Shown piece after piece: positions 51,472-62,399 of a stretch of 64,000 bases of DNA. The notes beneath the pieces were generated by a model. The model did not search any database, was not told the DNA's origin, and was given only the letters and a program-made list of their open reading frames with translations. The position numbers and the translations under genes were made by a program. The DNA is from an uncultured delta proteobacterium (GTDB taxonomy: Bacteria > Myxococcota > Myxococcia > SLRQ01), in NCBI GenBank assembly GCA_963727485.1, contig CAVSGM010000011.1, forward strand, positions 448,001 to 512,000, given 5' to 3'. The first letter of the stretch is position 1; each line of letters begins with the position of its first letter.

Positions 51472-51546
51472 CGAAGGGCCGAGCCTAGCCCAGCCGAGCC
51501 CCCGGCGTGTGGTACATTGTAGAGCCCGCGGGCAGATGGGGAGGAC

Positions 51547-52497
51547 ATGGCTGCGGAGCTCGGGACAGCGGACGACACACTGGGGATGGACCTGGGGACC
51601 AGCGGCGGGAGCTGGCTCTTCAAGGACCGGGATCTGCTCATGGGTCCGGTCCCCGCCCGGGTGCTGGTCGACAAGCTCTATGCGGGCGAGATCGGCCCCG
51701 ACACCCCCGTCGCCGACGAGCGCGACGAGACCTGGACGCGGCTTCGCGACGTGCCCTTCTTCACCGTGCACATCGCCCGGGCCCAGGCCCGGGGGCGGGT
51801 GCTCCAGGAGAAGCGTGACGCCGAGGGGAAGGCCCGCCGGGCCCGGAACCTCAAGATCGCCCTCGGCGCCGCGGCGGCGCTCATCCTGGTGGCGGCCGTG
51901 GCCACCGGCACCTGGTGGTGGGTGGTCCACCGGTCCCTGGCCGGCGACCACGCCAAGGAGCTCGCCAGCCTCTCCATCACCCTGAGCCCGCCCCAGATCT
52001 CCCTGTCCACCGCCGGCCACCACCGGGGCCCGGGGGGCCAGCTCCTCGACGTCGACGACGTCGCCAGCGCGCCCTCGCCACCGACCCACACCGCCCACCG
52101 GCCCGTGGCCCACCACACCAGCCACACCCACGCCGTCGCCCGCCACACCGCCTCCGCCGGCGGCGGGACCCCGGGCGCGCCGGCCCCGCCGTCCAACGGC
52201 GTCGGCCTCCACCGCAGCTACGACATGACCGCCATCAACGCCACCGTCCACCGGGTGGAGGCGACCCTCGTCCCCTGCGTGAAGCAGGAGGTGCAGCGCA
52301 GCGGCTTCCACGGGAAGATCCCCTTCGAGTTCGTGGTCAAGAACGACGGCCACGTGGGGCGCCTGTGGATCGACAACAAGGACCTCCGGGGGAGCCCCCT
52401 GAAGGCCTGCTTCGAGAAGACCATGGCCCGGTGGAAGTTCAAGGCCTTCCAGGGCGAGCGGCCGTCGGTCTCCCTCTCGTTCAACGTGGGCGGCTGA
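51547..52497 (+). CDS. GYF_2-like domain - TM - AgmX/PglI (TonB-like) C-terminal domain protein
   Basis: WLFK...MGPV...GEIGPDTPV...WTRLRDVPFF; TM helix; C-terminal C...C..WKFKAF...SLSFNV. Confidence 0.7.
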   Translation: MAAELGTADDTLGMDLGTSGGSWLFKDRDLLMGPVPARVLVDKLYAGEIGPDTPVADERDETWTRLRDVPFFTVHIARAQARGRVLQEKRDAEGKARRARNLKIALGAAAALILVAAVATGTWWWVVHRSLAGDHAKELASLSITLSPPQISLSTAGHHRGPGGQLLDVDDVASAPSPPTHTAHRPVAHHTSHTHAVARHTASAGGGTPGAPAPPSNGVGLHRSYDMTAINATVHRVEATLVPCVKQEVQRSGFHGKIPFEFVVKNDGHVGRLWIDNKDLRGSPLKACFEKTMARWKFKAFQGERPSVSLSFNVGG

Positions 52498-54577
52498 CCG
52501 CCCGCGCCGCCGCCCCCCTGGCCACCGCCCGCCGGCGCCGCGCCTCGGCGACGAGCATGAGGCCCGCGAGGGCCAGAAGGCCCGTCGCCCCCGGGGCACC
52601 GCTCGAGGCGCTGCACCCGCACCCGCCCGGGGACCCCCCACCGCCCCCGGGGCTCGGCTGCTCGGCGGCCAGCAGGGTCTTCACCGCGTCGTAGGCGTCG
52701 AGCTTCCCGTAGCCCCAGTGGGCGTTGGGCACCTTGCCGGTGAAGCTGTCGTGCTTCGCCGTGTCCTCGAGGATCTTCCGGGCCTCGGCGGGGGTGAGGT
52801 CGGGCTTCACCGCGAGCATCAGGGCCAGGGTCCCGGCCACGTGCGGCGACGCCATGGAGGTGCCGCGCATCACCATCACCCCGTCGTCGACCAGCTCCTT
52901 GCGGTCGAGGACCAGGCCGTTCTCCCCGAAGGGCGCGGCGATCCACTCCCCGGGGGCGGCGATCTCGGGCTTGAACCCGGTCCGCGCCGGGGCGGCGGTG
53001 GGCCCGACGCTGGAGAAGAACGCGATGTCCCCCACGGTGGTCGAGGGGTCGGTGATGGTCTTGCCGTCGATGTCGGGCCAGCTGTTCCGCGTCGCGAAGG
53101 CGGCGACGGTGATGACGTTGGGCGCGACCCCGGGCATGGCCACCGTCTCCCGGGCGTCGCCGGGGGCGAGGCCCTCGCCGGTGGCGGTGCCGAAGACCGA
53201 GGGCTGGGAGAGGAAGCCGCTCGCCGGCACCCAGGCGTTGAAGGCCCCATGGCCCGAGAGGCGCATCAGCCACCGATAGCCCCCGGCGTTCCCGGCGAAG
53301 GTGTCCGGGTCCGACGACGGGAGGATCACCAGGTTGGCCTCGCGCTTGCCGTTCTCGGGGTCCGGCGCCGACCAGGCAATCTGCACCTGGCCGAGGGCCT
53401 GGCCGCCCTCCTTCAGGGTCCCGGTGAAGCTCGCGGGCTCGGCCACGAACCCCGTCGAGGCCACCACCGCCCCCGAGGCGTCGACCAGGTCCAGGTCGAT
53501 CCGGGCGCTGGCCCCGGGGTCGAGCCAGAGGTCCACGTCCATCCCGTTGGAGCCGGTGCCGCCGTAGGGCTTCACCTCGGTGGTCGTCGGGGTCTCCTGG
53601 AGGGTGTAGCCCAGGTGGATGGGGGTCCAGCCCTCGTTCCCGGCGGCGACGGCGATGAGCCGCCCGGGGCCGGTGAGGGCGTCGATGGCCTGGCTCTCGA
53701 GGCTGGTGCCGTCGTGGGGCCCGTAGTGGCCGCCGAGGGACATGTTGATCACCACCGGCTCTCCGAGGCCCGCGGCCGTGTCCATGACCCACTTCACCGA
53801 GGCCCCGAGGTGCTGGAAGGTGAGGCTCTTGGCCACCACGTAGTCCACGTCCGGGGCGACCCCCTGGTACTGGCGGTCCCGGCCCCCGGCGGTGGCGGCG
53901 ACGTGGGTCCCGTGGCCCACCATGTCCACGTAGTCGCAGTTCCCGTCGAGGAGGTCGGCGCGGGTGCAGAGGTTCCCGCCGGTGTAGCCCTTGGGGGGCG
54001 TCCCCTTGGAGGCGACCTGGTCCCAGAGGGCCTGGACCCGGGTCTTCCCGTCGTCCCCGGCGAAGGTCTTGATCCGGTAGTCGATCCCCGTGTCCACCAG
54101 GCCCAGGACGACGCCCTTGCCGTTCACGGCCCGGGGGAGCCCGGTGCCCTTCTGGACCCGGTCGGCGCCGATGGCGGGGACGCTCTTGTCCAGGAGCCGC
54201 CGGTGGCCGAGGTCCGCCTCGGCGCGCACCAGGGTCGGGTCCACCGCCAGCTCGGCGAGGTGGGCCAGGGGCACCCGGGCGTCGAGGAGGCGCTGGCCCA
54301 GGGGCACCGCCCAGCCCCCGAGGGCCTTCACCCGGGCCACCATCGCCGGGACCGCCGCCGGGGAGGCCACCCGCAGGTAGCAGGACACCTGGTAGGTGGG
54401 CCGCAGCTTGCCGGCGAAGGCCGGGGGAAACGCCGCCTCGCCCCGGCCCTGGTAGCTCTGGAGGAGCCGGGTGAGGTGGAGGCCCAGGACCCCGGGCGCG
54501 GGGGCCTGCGGGGGCGGCGTGCCCCCGCCCGCGGGGAGGGCGGCGAGGAGGAGCGAGAGGGTCAGGGCGTGCACCAT
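52481..54577 (-). CDS. Subtilisin-family (S8) serine protease with MYXO-CTERM-like anchor
   Basis: VDTGID, GHGTHVA, AAGNEG, GTSMASPHVAG; C-terminal GGCGCS...LLALAGLMLVAEARRRR. Confidence 0.9.
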   Translation of the reverse strand: MVHALTLSLLLAALPAGGGTPPPQAPAPGVLGLHLTRLLQSYQGRGEAAFPPAFAGKLRPTYQVSCYLRVASPAAVPAMVARVKALGGWAVPLGQRLLDARVPLAHLAELAVDPTLVRAEADLGHRRLLDKSVPAIGADRVQKGTGLPRAVNGKGVVLGLVDTGIDYRIKTFAGDDGKTRVQALWDQVASKGTPPKGYTGGNLCTRADLLDGNCDYVDMVGHGTHVAATAGGRDRQYQGVAPDVDYVVAKSLTFQHLGASVKWVMDTAAGLGEPVVINMSLGGHYGPHDGTSLESQAIDALTGPGRLIAVAAGNEGWTPIHLGYTLQETPTTTEVKPYGGTGSNGMDVDLWLDPGASARIDLDLVDASGAVVASTGFVAEPASFTGTLKEGGQALGQVQIAWSAPDPENGKREANLVILPSSDPDTFAGNAGGYRWLMRLSGHGAFNAWVPASGFLSQPSVFGTATGEGLAPGDARETVAMPGVAPNVITVAAFATRNSWPDIDGKTITDPSTTVGDIAFFSSVGPTAAPARTGFKPEIAAPGEWIAAPFGENGLVLDRKELVDDGVMVMRGTSMASPHVAGTLALMLAVKPDLTPAEARKILEDTAKHDSFTGKVPNAHWGYGKLDAYDAVKTLLAAEQPSPGGGGGSPGGCGCSASSGAPGATGLLALAGLMLVAEARRRRAVARGAAARAVSRPR

Positions 54578-54612
54578 GGCGGGCATCCTACCGGGATGCT
54601 AGAAACCCGGCC

Positions 54613-55278
54613 ATGGATGGGGAGAAGACCAAGGCGGTGGCGGCAATCGAGGCCCAGATGGCCCAGGTCCCCCCGGGGTCCTACCGGCACCAGGTGCTGG
54701 AGGTGGCCCGGGACTTCAAGAACGCCTGGGTGTCCCTGGGCGCCCACCTCACCAAGGTCTCGAGTGGCGCCCTCTACAAGGAGTGGGGCTACGACGACTT
54801 CGAGACCTACTGCCAGCGCGAGCTGCACATCCGCAAGGCCACCGCCCACAAGCTCACGGCGACCTACGGGTTCATGCAGCGCCACGAGCCCCGGCTCCTC
54901 GAGCGCGCCGAGGCCGACCCGGTGGTCCGGGCCCAGGTCCCCGCCTTCGAGGTGGTGCAGGTCCTCTCCCGGGCCGAGGAGCGGGGGCAGATTGGGGAGG
55001 CCGAGTACCGGGAGGTCCGGGACCGGGTCTTCGAGGGGCCGCGTCCCCCGGCGCCCTCGACCCTGGCCCGGGCAATCAACGGCAAGTGGCCGGCGCCGCC
55101 CCCGCCCGAGCCCGACCAGGGGGTGCGGGTGCGCCAGCTCTCTGCCGCAGCGCGTCGTCTGGCCGACGGTGCCCGGCGGTCCGACGCGGTCCCCCAGGCG
55201 GTCAAGGACCGGGCGGAGGCCCTCGCCGAGGACTTCGTCGCCCTCCTCGAGGCCGGGGCTTGGCGGGACGCCGGGTGA
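54613..55278 (+). CDS. Helical hypothetical protein, possibly DNA-binding
   Basis: Gene-like codon usage; LYKEWGYDDFETYCQRELHIRKATAHKL segment. Confidence 0.7.
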   Translation: MDGEKTKAVAAIEAQMAQVPPGSYRHQVLEVARDFKNAWVSLGAHLTKVSSGALYKEWGYDDFETYCQRELHIRKATAHKLTATYGFMQRHEPRLLERAEADPVVRAQVPAFEVVQVLSRAEERGQIGEAEYREVRDRVFEGPRPPAPSTLARAINGKWPAPPPPEPDQGVRVRQLSAAARRLADGARRSDAVPQAVKDRAEALAEDFVALLEAGAWRDAG

Positions 55279-55354
55279 GGCCCTAACCTGACCTCAAGCT
55301 GACCCGTCGACGGGATTGCCGGGCGCGCGGGGTTGTGTAGTAGGCTGGGAGACG

Positions 55355-56641
55355 ATGAGCCGAAAGGATCACCACCACGGGAATCTCTCCTGCTCCTTCT
55401 GCGGAAAGGGGCAGCGGGAGGTACGCAAGCTGATCGCCGGCCCCACGGTCTACATCTGCGACGAGTGCATTCGCCTCTGCAATGACATCGTCGCCGAGGA
55501 GGCCGAGCGGGACGAGACCCAGCCCAAGGTCAACCTGCCCACGCCCGAGGAGATCAAGAAGTTCCTCGACGAGTACGTGGTGGGCCAGGACCCGGCCAAG
55601 AAGGTCCTCTCGGTCGCGGTCTACAACCACTACAAGCGGATCTACGCCCGCAAGCCCACGCGCCGGCGCCCGGGCCAGACGCCGCGGCCCGGCCACGAGG
55701 AGCCCGTCGAGCTCCAGAAGAGCAACATCCTCCTCCTCGGGCCCACCGGCTCGGGGAAGACGCTGCTGGCCCAGTCGCTCGCCCGGATGCTGGAGGTGCC
55801 CTTCACCATCGCCGACGCCACCAGCCTCACCGAGGCCGGCTACGTGGGCGAGGACGTGGAGAACATCATCCAGAACCTGCTCCACGCCGCCGACTACGAC
55901 GTGGACAAGGCGGCGCGCGGCATCGTCTACGTCGACGAGATCGACAAGATCGCCCGCAAGGGCGACACCCCGTCGGTCACCCGTGACGTCTCCGGCGAGG
56001 GGGTGCAGCAGGCGCTCCTCAAGATCATCGAGGGCACCCGCGCCAACGTCACCCCCCGGGGCGGCAAGAAGTACAACCAGCAGGAGTACATCCAGGTCGA
56101 CACCTCGGACATCCTCTTCATCTGCGGCGGCGCCTTCCACGGCATCGAGCAGACCATCCAGCGCCGGGTGGGCGAGAAGGGGCTGGGCTTCGGGGCCAAG
56201 GTGGTGGGCCGCCGGGACCAGTCGGTGGGCGAGCTGTTGGCCCTGGCCGAGCCGGGGGACATCATCCGCTTTGGGATGATCCCCGAGTTCGTGGGCCGCC
56301 TGCCGGTGCTGGCCACCCTCGACGACCTCTCCGAGGCCGACCTCATCCGCATCCTCACCGAGCCGAAGAACGCGCTGATCAAGCAGTACCAGAAGCTCTT
56401 CGAGATGGAGAAGGTGAAGCTCGAGTTCGAGGAGTCGGCGCTGCGGGCCATCGCCAAAGAGGCGATGCGCCGCCAGGCCGGTGCCCGCGGTCTGCGCGCC
56501 ATCATGGAGAACGCGATGCTCGACATCATGTACGACATCCCGTTCCAGGACGGCGTGAAGTCGGTAAAGATCCACGGCGGCGTGATCTCCAAGGGCGAGG
56601 CCCCGGAGATCGTCTACGAGAAGGAAAAGAAGTCCGCCTGA
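55355..56641 (+). CDS. clpX: ATP-dependent Clp protease ATP-binding subunit ClpX
   Basis: CSFC...CDEC zinc-binding domain, [34 protein letters not shown] loop, GARGLR. Confidence 0.97.
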   Translation: MSRKDHHHGNLSCSFCGKGQREVRKLIAGPTVYICDECIRLCNDIVAEEAERDETQPKVNLPTPEEIKKFLDEYVVGQDPAKKVLSVAVYNHYKRIYARKPTRRRPGQTPRPGHEEPVELQKSNILLLGPTGSGKTLLAQSLARMLEVPFTIADATSLTEAGYVGEDVENIIQNLLHAADYDVDKAARGIVYVDEIDKIARKGDTPSVTRDVSGEGVQQALLKIIEGTRANVTPRGGKKYNQQEYIQVDTSDILFICGGAFHGIEQTIQRRVGEKGLGFGAKVVGRRDQSVGELLALAEPGDIIRFGMIPEFVGRLPVLATLDDLSEADLIRILTEPKNALIKQYQKLFEMEKVKLEFEESALRAIAKEAMRRQAGARGLRAIMENAMLDIMYDIPFQDGVKSVKIHGGVISKGEAPEIVYEKEKKSA

Positions 56642-56814
56642 CCGCCGGGGGCGGCTCGCCTCCCGTCGCCCGGCTACGCCACGGGTGCTCGCAGGAATGC
56701 TTCAGGCGCCCAGTGGTACGGAGCCTTGGGGCGCGTTTCTCTGGTGCGGGATCAAACGGGCACGCCGAAATCCGCCCGAGTGCCCCCACCGCGATGGAGC
56801 GCGCCGCCGGCCGG

Positions 56815-58333
56815 CTACGTCTCCCGCACCCGCACCGTCGTCTTCATCTCGCGGCCGGAGAGCGGGTCCCGGGCGCTCATGGTGAGGATCCCCTCGATGT
56901 TGATGTCGAAGGTGACCTCCACCTTGGCCTCGCCCTTGGGGCCGGACTGGATGCCCTCGAAGGTGAAGTCTCCGAGCAGCTCGTTGTCGACCACCAGCTC
57001 GGCGTCGCCCTGGAAGATGCGCATCGCCAGCTCGGTCTGACCGTCGAAGCTGGTGGTGCCGGTCAGGGCCTTGGCGTTGGGGATGGGGGCGTTGCGGTCG
57101 AAGACCTTGTGGAACTTCCCGCCCGCCATCTCCAGGCCGATGGCCATGGGGATGACGTCCAGGAGCTGGATGCGCAGGTTGGTGTCGTCGGTGAGGCTGT
57201 GGCCGTAGAGGGCGGCGCCGATGGCCACGGCCTCGTCGGGGTGGACGGCCTTGGAGGGCGCCTTGCCGAAGTACTCGGTGAGTCGATCGTGGATGATCGG
57301 CATCCGGGACTGGCCGCCGACGAGCATCACCTCGTCGAGCTCGCCCGGCTCGAGGCCCGCGTCGGCGAGGACCTCGTCGATCTTGGCGATGGTCCGGTCG
57401 ACCAGGGGGTCGGTGAGCGCCTGGAAGAGCTCCCGGGTGATGGTGAGGTCGATGTTGAGGGGCATCCCCTGGGGGGTCATGGTGATGAAGGGGACGTTGA
57501 AGGGCACCGACTCCCGGCTGGAGAGGTCGATCTTGGACGCGCTCGGCCAGATCCTTGATGCGCTGCATCGCCACCGGGTCGTTGGAGAGGTCGACGGCGT
57601 GCTTCCCGGCGAAGTCCCCGAGGACGTAGTGGATGAGGGCGTTGTCGAAGTCGAGGCCGCCGAGGAAGATGTCGCCGCCGGTGGCCTTCACCTCGAACAC
57701 CCGGTCGCGGATCTCGATGACCGAGACGTCGAAGGTGCCCCCGCCGAGGTCGTAGATGAGGACCTTCTCGTTGAGCGATCGGCCCACGCCGTAGGCCAGG
57801 GCCGCGCTGGTGGGCTCGTTGATGATCCGCACCACCTCGAGATCGATGAGCTTGCCCGCCTCCTTGACCGCCTGGCGCTGCTTGTCGGTGAAGTAGGCGG
57901 GGACGGTGACCACCGCCCGGCTGACGGGCTCGCCGAGGTGGTCCGAGGCCACGCCGCGGACCTTGGAGAGGATCTTGGCGGCGATCTCCGACATCCGGAA
58001 GTCCTTGCCGGCGATCTGGATCAGCACCTCGTGCTTCACGTCGGCGGCCTTCATCTCGTAGGCCACCACGTCCTTCATGGTGTCCACCACGTCGGACTTG
58101 TAGTTCCGGCCGATGAGGCGCTTGCTGGCGTAGACGGTGTTCCGGGGGTTGAGCTGCCACTGGCGCTTGGCCTCGTGGCCCACCAGCTCGTTGCCCTTGT
58201 CGTCCACGGCGAAGATCGAGGGAATGGTGCTGGACCCGTCCTTGTAGGGAACGAGGTGCACCTTCCCCTCGTCGTCGGTGTAGGCGGCGCAGGAGTTCGT
58301 GGTCCCCAGGTCGATTCCGATGATTCGGCTCAT
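56815..58333 (-). CDS. Short Hsp70/DnaK-like protein (~505 aa, no lid); apparent frameshift at ~57538
   Basis: [42 protein letters not shown]; the substrate-binding beta domain ends the protein. Confidence 0.9.
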
Positions 58334-58529
58334 CGGAGAGGGATTCTATACGGTTCCGGGCCTCGGGTGCAGGCCTACCTTGCCCCGTCGGGTCCCGGGC
58401 AGCCCGGAGGCCGGTTCCGGGGTGGGGCCGGGGGGCCGGGGCCGGCGTTGTGCGGGCCGCCCGGGCGCGGGTAACGTCAATCCGGGGCCGGACTGGCCCC
58501 GCCCCCGATCGGGAAGCAGGTTTCGTACT

Positions 58530-60779
58530 ATGGACGCCAGGCGTTTTCTCGGAGAGGTCCGCTCGTCGGTGCAGGACCGGTTCGTCCGCAGCCAGACCCT
58601 CCTCTCCTTCGACGAGTACCTCCAGGCCTTCCTCGAGCGCCCCCGGCCCTACGCCCGGGGGGTGGCCCAGTACCTCCTCGACGCCTTCGACCACTACGGC
58701 GCCGACGCGGTGGACACCCCGGCGGGGGAGCTCAAGCGCTTCCGGCTCTTCGACCAGCCGTTCGCCGACGGCCGGGGGCGCATCGCCGGCCAGGAGGACG
58801 TGGCGGCGCACCTCTACCGGATCCTCCGGAACTTCGCCCGGCAGGGGCGGGTGGACCGGCTGATCCTCCTCCACGGGCCCAACGGCTCGGCGAAGAGCTC
58901 CATCGTCTCGGCGCTGATGGCCACCCTGGGCGCCTACAGCCACGAGGACGACGGCGCGGTCTACCGGTTCAACTGGGTCTTCCCCAGCGCCAAGCTGGTC
59001 AAGGGGACCATCGGCTTCGGGGGGGCCGCCGGGACCGAGGCGCCGCCCACCTTCGCCCACCTCGAGGGCGACGACGTGGAGCTGCGGATCCCCTGCGAGA
59101 TGAAGGACCACCCGATGCTCCTGGTGCCCCAGGACGAGCGGCGCCGGCTCCTCGAGGGGGCCTGCAGGCCGGTGGACAAGGGCGACGCCAGCGACGGCGA
59201 CTTCGTGCTGCCCGACTACCTGGTCCACGGCGAGGTCTGCCAGAAGTGCCGCACCATCTACCAGGCGCTGATGGCGAGCTACGGCGGCGACTGGGGCCGG
59301 GTGATGGCCCACGTCCAGGTGGAGCGCTTCTACTACTCCCGGCGCTACCTCTCGGGGGCGGTCACCCTGGAGCCCCAGATGTCGGTGGACGCCGGGGTGC
59401 GGGTGGTGGCGATGGACCAGCGGTCGGGGCAGCTCCCGGCGCCGATCCAGTCGGTGACCCTCGTGGAGGCCTTCGGGCCCCTGGTCAACGCCAACCGCGG
59501 GATCCTCGAGTACGCGGACATCCTCAAGCGGCCCATCGAGGCCTTCAAGTACCTCCTGGGCACCTCCGAGACCAGCGAGGTGCGCATGGAGCACCTCATC
59601 CTCCAGCTCGACACCCTGCTGGTGGCCTCGACCAACGAGGAGCACCTGGCGGCGTTCAAGGAGATCCCCGACTTCGCCGCCTTCAAGGGGCGCATCGAGC
59701 TGGTGAAGGTGCCCTACCTCCGGCGCTTCGCCGCCGAGCGGGAGATCTACGCCGACCAGGTCACCGAGGCCTCGGTGGGCAAGCACCTGGCGCCCCACGC
59801 CATCGACGTGGCGGCGTGGTGGGCGGTGCTCACGCGGCTCAAGAAGCCGCTGGCCAATCGCTTCCCCGACTCGGCGCGGCCGGTGGTCGACGCCCTCGAG
59901 CCCTGGGAGAAGCTCACCCTCTACGACACCGGGGCGACCCCGGACCGCCTGCCCATGGCCCAGGCCCGGGAGCTCAAGCGGGTGATCCCGGACCTCTACC
60001 ACGAGTCCGACGCCTGGCCCGCCTTCGAGGGCCGGGACGGGGCGAGCGCCCGGGAGATGAAGACGGTGCTCCTCAACGCCGCCCAGAGCCCGCGCCACGC
60101 CTGCCTCACCCCGGTGGCGGTGCTCGAGGAGCTGAAGGCGCTGGTCCAGGACAAGACGGTCTACGGCTTCCTCCAGCAGGAGGTGGTCGAGGGCTACCAT
60201 GACCCCGAGCGCTTCGTGACGGTGGTCGAGGAGGCCTGGCTCGACCGGGTCGACGACGAGGTCCGCGACGCCCTGGGCCTGGTGGCCGAGGAGCAGTACC
60301 GGGAGTGGTTCGGGCGGTACGTGGTCCACGTCACCGCCTGGGTCCGGGGCGAGAAGATCAAGAACCGGGTCACCGGCGCCTACGAGCCCGCGGACGAGCG
60401 GATGATGGAGGAGATGGAGGCGATCGTCATGGGGGCCGACGACGACCGCGACGACTTCCGCAAGGGGCTCATCACCCAGATCGGCGCCTTCCGCCTGGAG
60501 AACCCCGACGACGACGGCGACCTGGACTTCCCGCGGATCTTCCCCGAGCACTTCCGGCGCCTGCGCGACCACTACCACGACGAGCGGCGGCGCCAGCTGC
60601 GCCGGGTCCAGGAGAACTTCCTCGACTTCATCGAGCCCGACGGCAAGACGGGCCTCGACGCCAAGGAGCGCGCCCAGCTCGAGGAGATGATGGAGAACCT
60701 CCGGCGGCGCCACGGCTACTGCGACCATTGCGCCCGGGACGCCATTTTGGCACTGATGCGGTCGCGGTATCGATCGTGA
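58530..60779 (+). CDS. prkA: PrkA/YeaG family AAA+ serine protein kinase
   Basis: LLHGPNGSAKSS Walker A, ANRGILEYADILK, GASAREM. Confidence 0.85.
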   Translation: MDARRFLGEVRSSVQDRFVRSQTLLSFDEYLQAFLERPRPYARGVAQYLLDAFDHYGADAVDTPAGELKRFRLFDQPFADGRGRIAGQEDVAAHLYRILRNFARQGRVDRLILLHGPNGSAKSSIVSALMATLGAYSHEDDGAVYRFNWVFPSAKLVKGTIGFGGAAGTEAPPTFAHLEGDDVELRIPCEMKDHPMLLVPQDERRRLLEGACRPVDKGDASDGDFVLPDYLVHGEVCQKCRTIYQALMASYGGDWGRVMAHVQVERFYYSRRYLSGAVTLEPQMSVDAGVRVVAMDQRSGQLPAPIQSVTLVEAFGPLVNANRGILEYADILKRPIEAFKYLLGTSETSEVRMEHLILQLDTLLVASTNEEHLAAFKEIPDFAAFKGRIELVKVPYLRRFAAEREIYADQVTEASVGKHLAPHAIDVAAWWAVLTRLKKPLANRFPDSARPVVDALEPWEKLTLYDTGATPDRLPMAQARELKRVIPDLYHESDAWPAFEGRDGASAREMKTVLLNAAQSPRHACLTPVAVLEELKALVQDKTVYGFLQQEVVEGYHDPERFVTVVEEAWLDRVDDEVRDALGLVAEEQYREWFGRYVVHVTAWVRGEKIKNRVTGAYEPADERMMEEMEAIVMGADDDRDDFRKGLITQIGAFRLENPDDDGDLDFPRIFPEHFRRLRDHYHDERRRQLRRVQENFLDFIEPDGKTGLDAKERAQLEEMMENLRRRHGYCDHCARDAILALMRSRYRS

Positions 60780-60828
60780 TCGGCGATCGCCTGGGGGGCC
60801 CGGCGGTCGTCCTTTTCCGGAGGTGACC

Positions 60829-61278
60829 ATGGCCGAGCCCGCCCCGATCTCCGACGCCCGCAAGGACTGGGATCGCTACTTCATGGAGATCGCCCTGGTG
60901 GTCGCCACCCGGGCCACCTGCGACCGCAAGCACGTGGGCGCGGTGATCGTCCGGGAGCGGACCATCCTCTCCACCGGCTACAACGGCTCCATCCGCGGCA
61001 TGGCCCACTGCGACGAGGTGGGCCACATGATGGAGGACGGCCACTGCGTGCGGACCATCCACGCCGAGGCCAACTCCATCCTCCAGGCGGCGAAGAACGG
61101 CGTGAACATCGACGGGGCGACGATCTACACCACCGCCTCGCCGTGCTGGCCGTGCTTCAAGCTCATCGCCAACGCCGGGGTCCGCCGGATCGTGTACGGC
61201 GAGCTGTACCGGGACACGCGGATCTTCGAGGTGGCCAGGGAGATCGGGATCGACCTCCACGAATGCGAGGAGGGGTAG
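60829..61278 (+). CDS. dCMP deaminase / ComEB family
   Basis: WDRYFM, VGAVIV, TGYNG, HAEAN, SPCWPC. Confidence 0.92.
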   Translation: MAEPAPISDARKDWDRYFMEIALVVATRATCDRKHVGAVIVRERTILSTGYNGSIRGMAHCDEVGHMMEDGHCVRTIHAEANSILQAAKNGVNIDGATIYTTASPCWPCFKLIANAGVRRIVYGELYRDTRIFEVAREIGIDLHECEEG

Positions 61279-61284
61279 GGCTCC

Positions 61285-61968
61285 TTGCGGTGCATTCTCT
61301 TCGGTGGCACCGGCGAGGTGGGCGGCGCGGTTGCCCGGGCGCTCGTCTCCAGTGACGCCTGCTCGCAGCTGACGCTCCTCGGCCGGCGCGCCGTCCCGGA
61401 CCTGGAGGGCGAGGCGAAGGTCGTCCAGGTCGTGGTCGACACCAGCGCCGCCGACTTCGAGGACGTGGTGCGCGAGAAGGCGCAGGGTCACGACGTCGGC
61501 ATCTGCTGCCTCGGGATCGGCAGCGGCACGGCCTCCATGTCCGAGGCGCAGATGCTCGGGGTCGAGGTCGGCCTGGTGGGCAAGTTCGCCCGGGGCTGCA
61601 AGGCCGCCGGGATCGAGAGCTTCGAGCTGCTGACCGCCGTGGGGGTCACCGAGCGCAGCGCCCGCTCGCGGATCAAGTACCTGCGGGTCCTGGGGAAGAA
61701 GCTCAACACCGTCCGCGACGTCGGCTTCGAGAAGCTCGCGGTCTTCAAGCCCGGGACGATCGTGGGCAACGCGCACACCCCGGGCTGGGTCGCGCCGCTC
61801 ACGGCCCTCATCCCCGACGCCCTCGGGTTCGGGAACATCCGGCAGGACGTCCTGGCGCGGGCGTTCGTGGCGCACCTGGAGCAGGGCGCACCGGCACAGC
61901 GGGACCCGGTCGTCTCCTACGGCAACAAGGAGATGAAGGCGCTGGCGCGCGGCCAGGCGCCGCGCTGA
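61285..61968 (+). CDS. NAD(P)-binding atypical SDR (TIP30/YraR-like)
   Basis: LFGGTGEVG Rossmann motif, CCLG, YLRVLGK, FKPGTIVG. Confidence 0.75.
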   Translation: MRCILFGGTGEVGGAVARALVSSDACSQLTLLGRRAVPDLEGEAKVVQVVVDTSAADFEDVVREKAQGHDVGICCLGIGSGTASMSEAQMLGVEVGLVGKFARGCKAAGIESFELLTAVGVTERSARSRIKYLRVLGKKLNTVRDVGFEKLAVFKPGTIVGNAHTPGWVAPLTALIPDALGFGNIRQDVLARAFVAHLEQGAPAQRDPVVSYGNKEMKALARGQAPR

Positions 61969-62237
61969 CGCCTAGTTGTGGGATCCCACACCTGGTGGTT
62001 GCAGGCCCCGGGCAGACCGTCGGCGCAGGCCTTCCGGTAGAGCGCCGCGGCCTTCTTGAAGTCCTGCGCCACGCCCACGCCGAAGTCGTAGCAGCGGGCC
62101 AGTTCGTAGCAGCCAGGGGCATAGGCCGCGTCGCAGGCCTTCATCATGCCCGCCTTGCAGGCCGCCTGCAGGCCGAGCACCCTGAGGTCGTGCTTGCCGC
62201 AGCCCGCCAGGGTGGCGAGGGCCACCAGGGCGGTCAC
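61917..62237 (-). CDS. Small Sel1-like repeat lipoprotein (boundaries uncertain)
   Basis: LAGC lipobox; GCYELARCYDFGVGVAQDFKKAAALYRKAC Sel1 repeat. Confidence 0.65.
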   Translation of the reverse strand: MTALVALATLAGCGKHDLRVLGLQAACKAGMMKACDAAYAPGCYELARCYDFGVGVAQDFKKAAALYRKACADGLPGACNHQVWDPTTRRQRGAWPRASAFISLLP

Positions 62238-62399
62238 CGCGGCGAGCCGCCGGCGCCGGGCAGGCTAGCGGGCCGCGTGGTCCATCCTAGGAGCATCCCT
62301 GCATGGCATGTGGCGGCGCCATCCGGGAAGCGTGCGGACCGGAGGGCTCGAGAGGGTAGAGTGCCCGCATCCCGACCCACCTCGTCTCCGGGAGACCCC

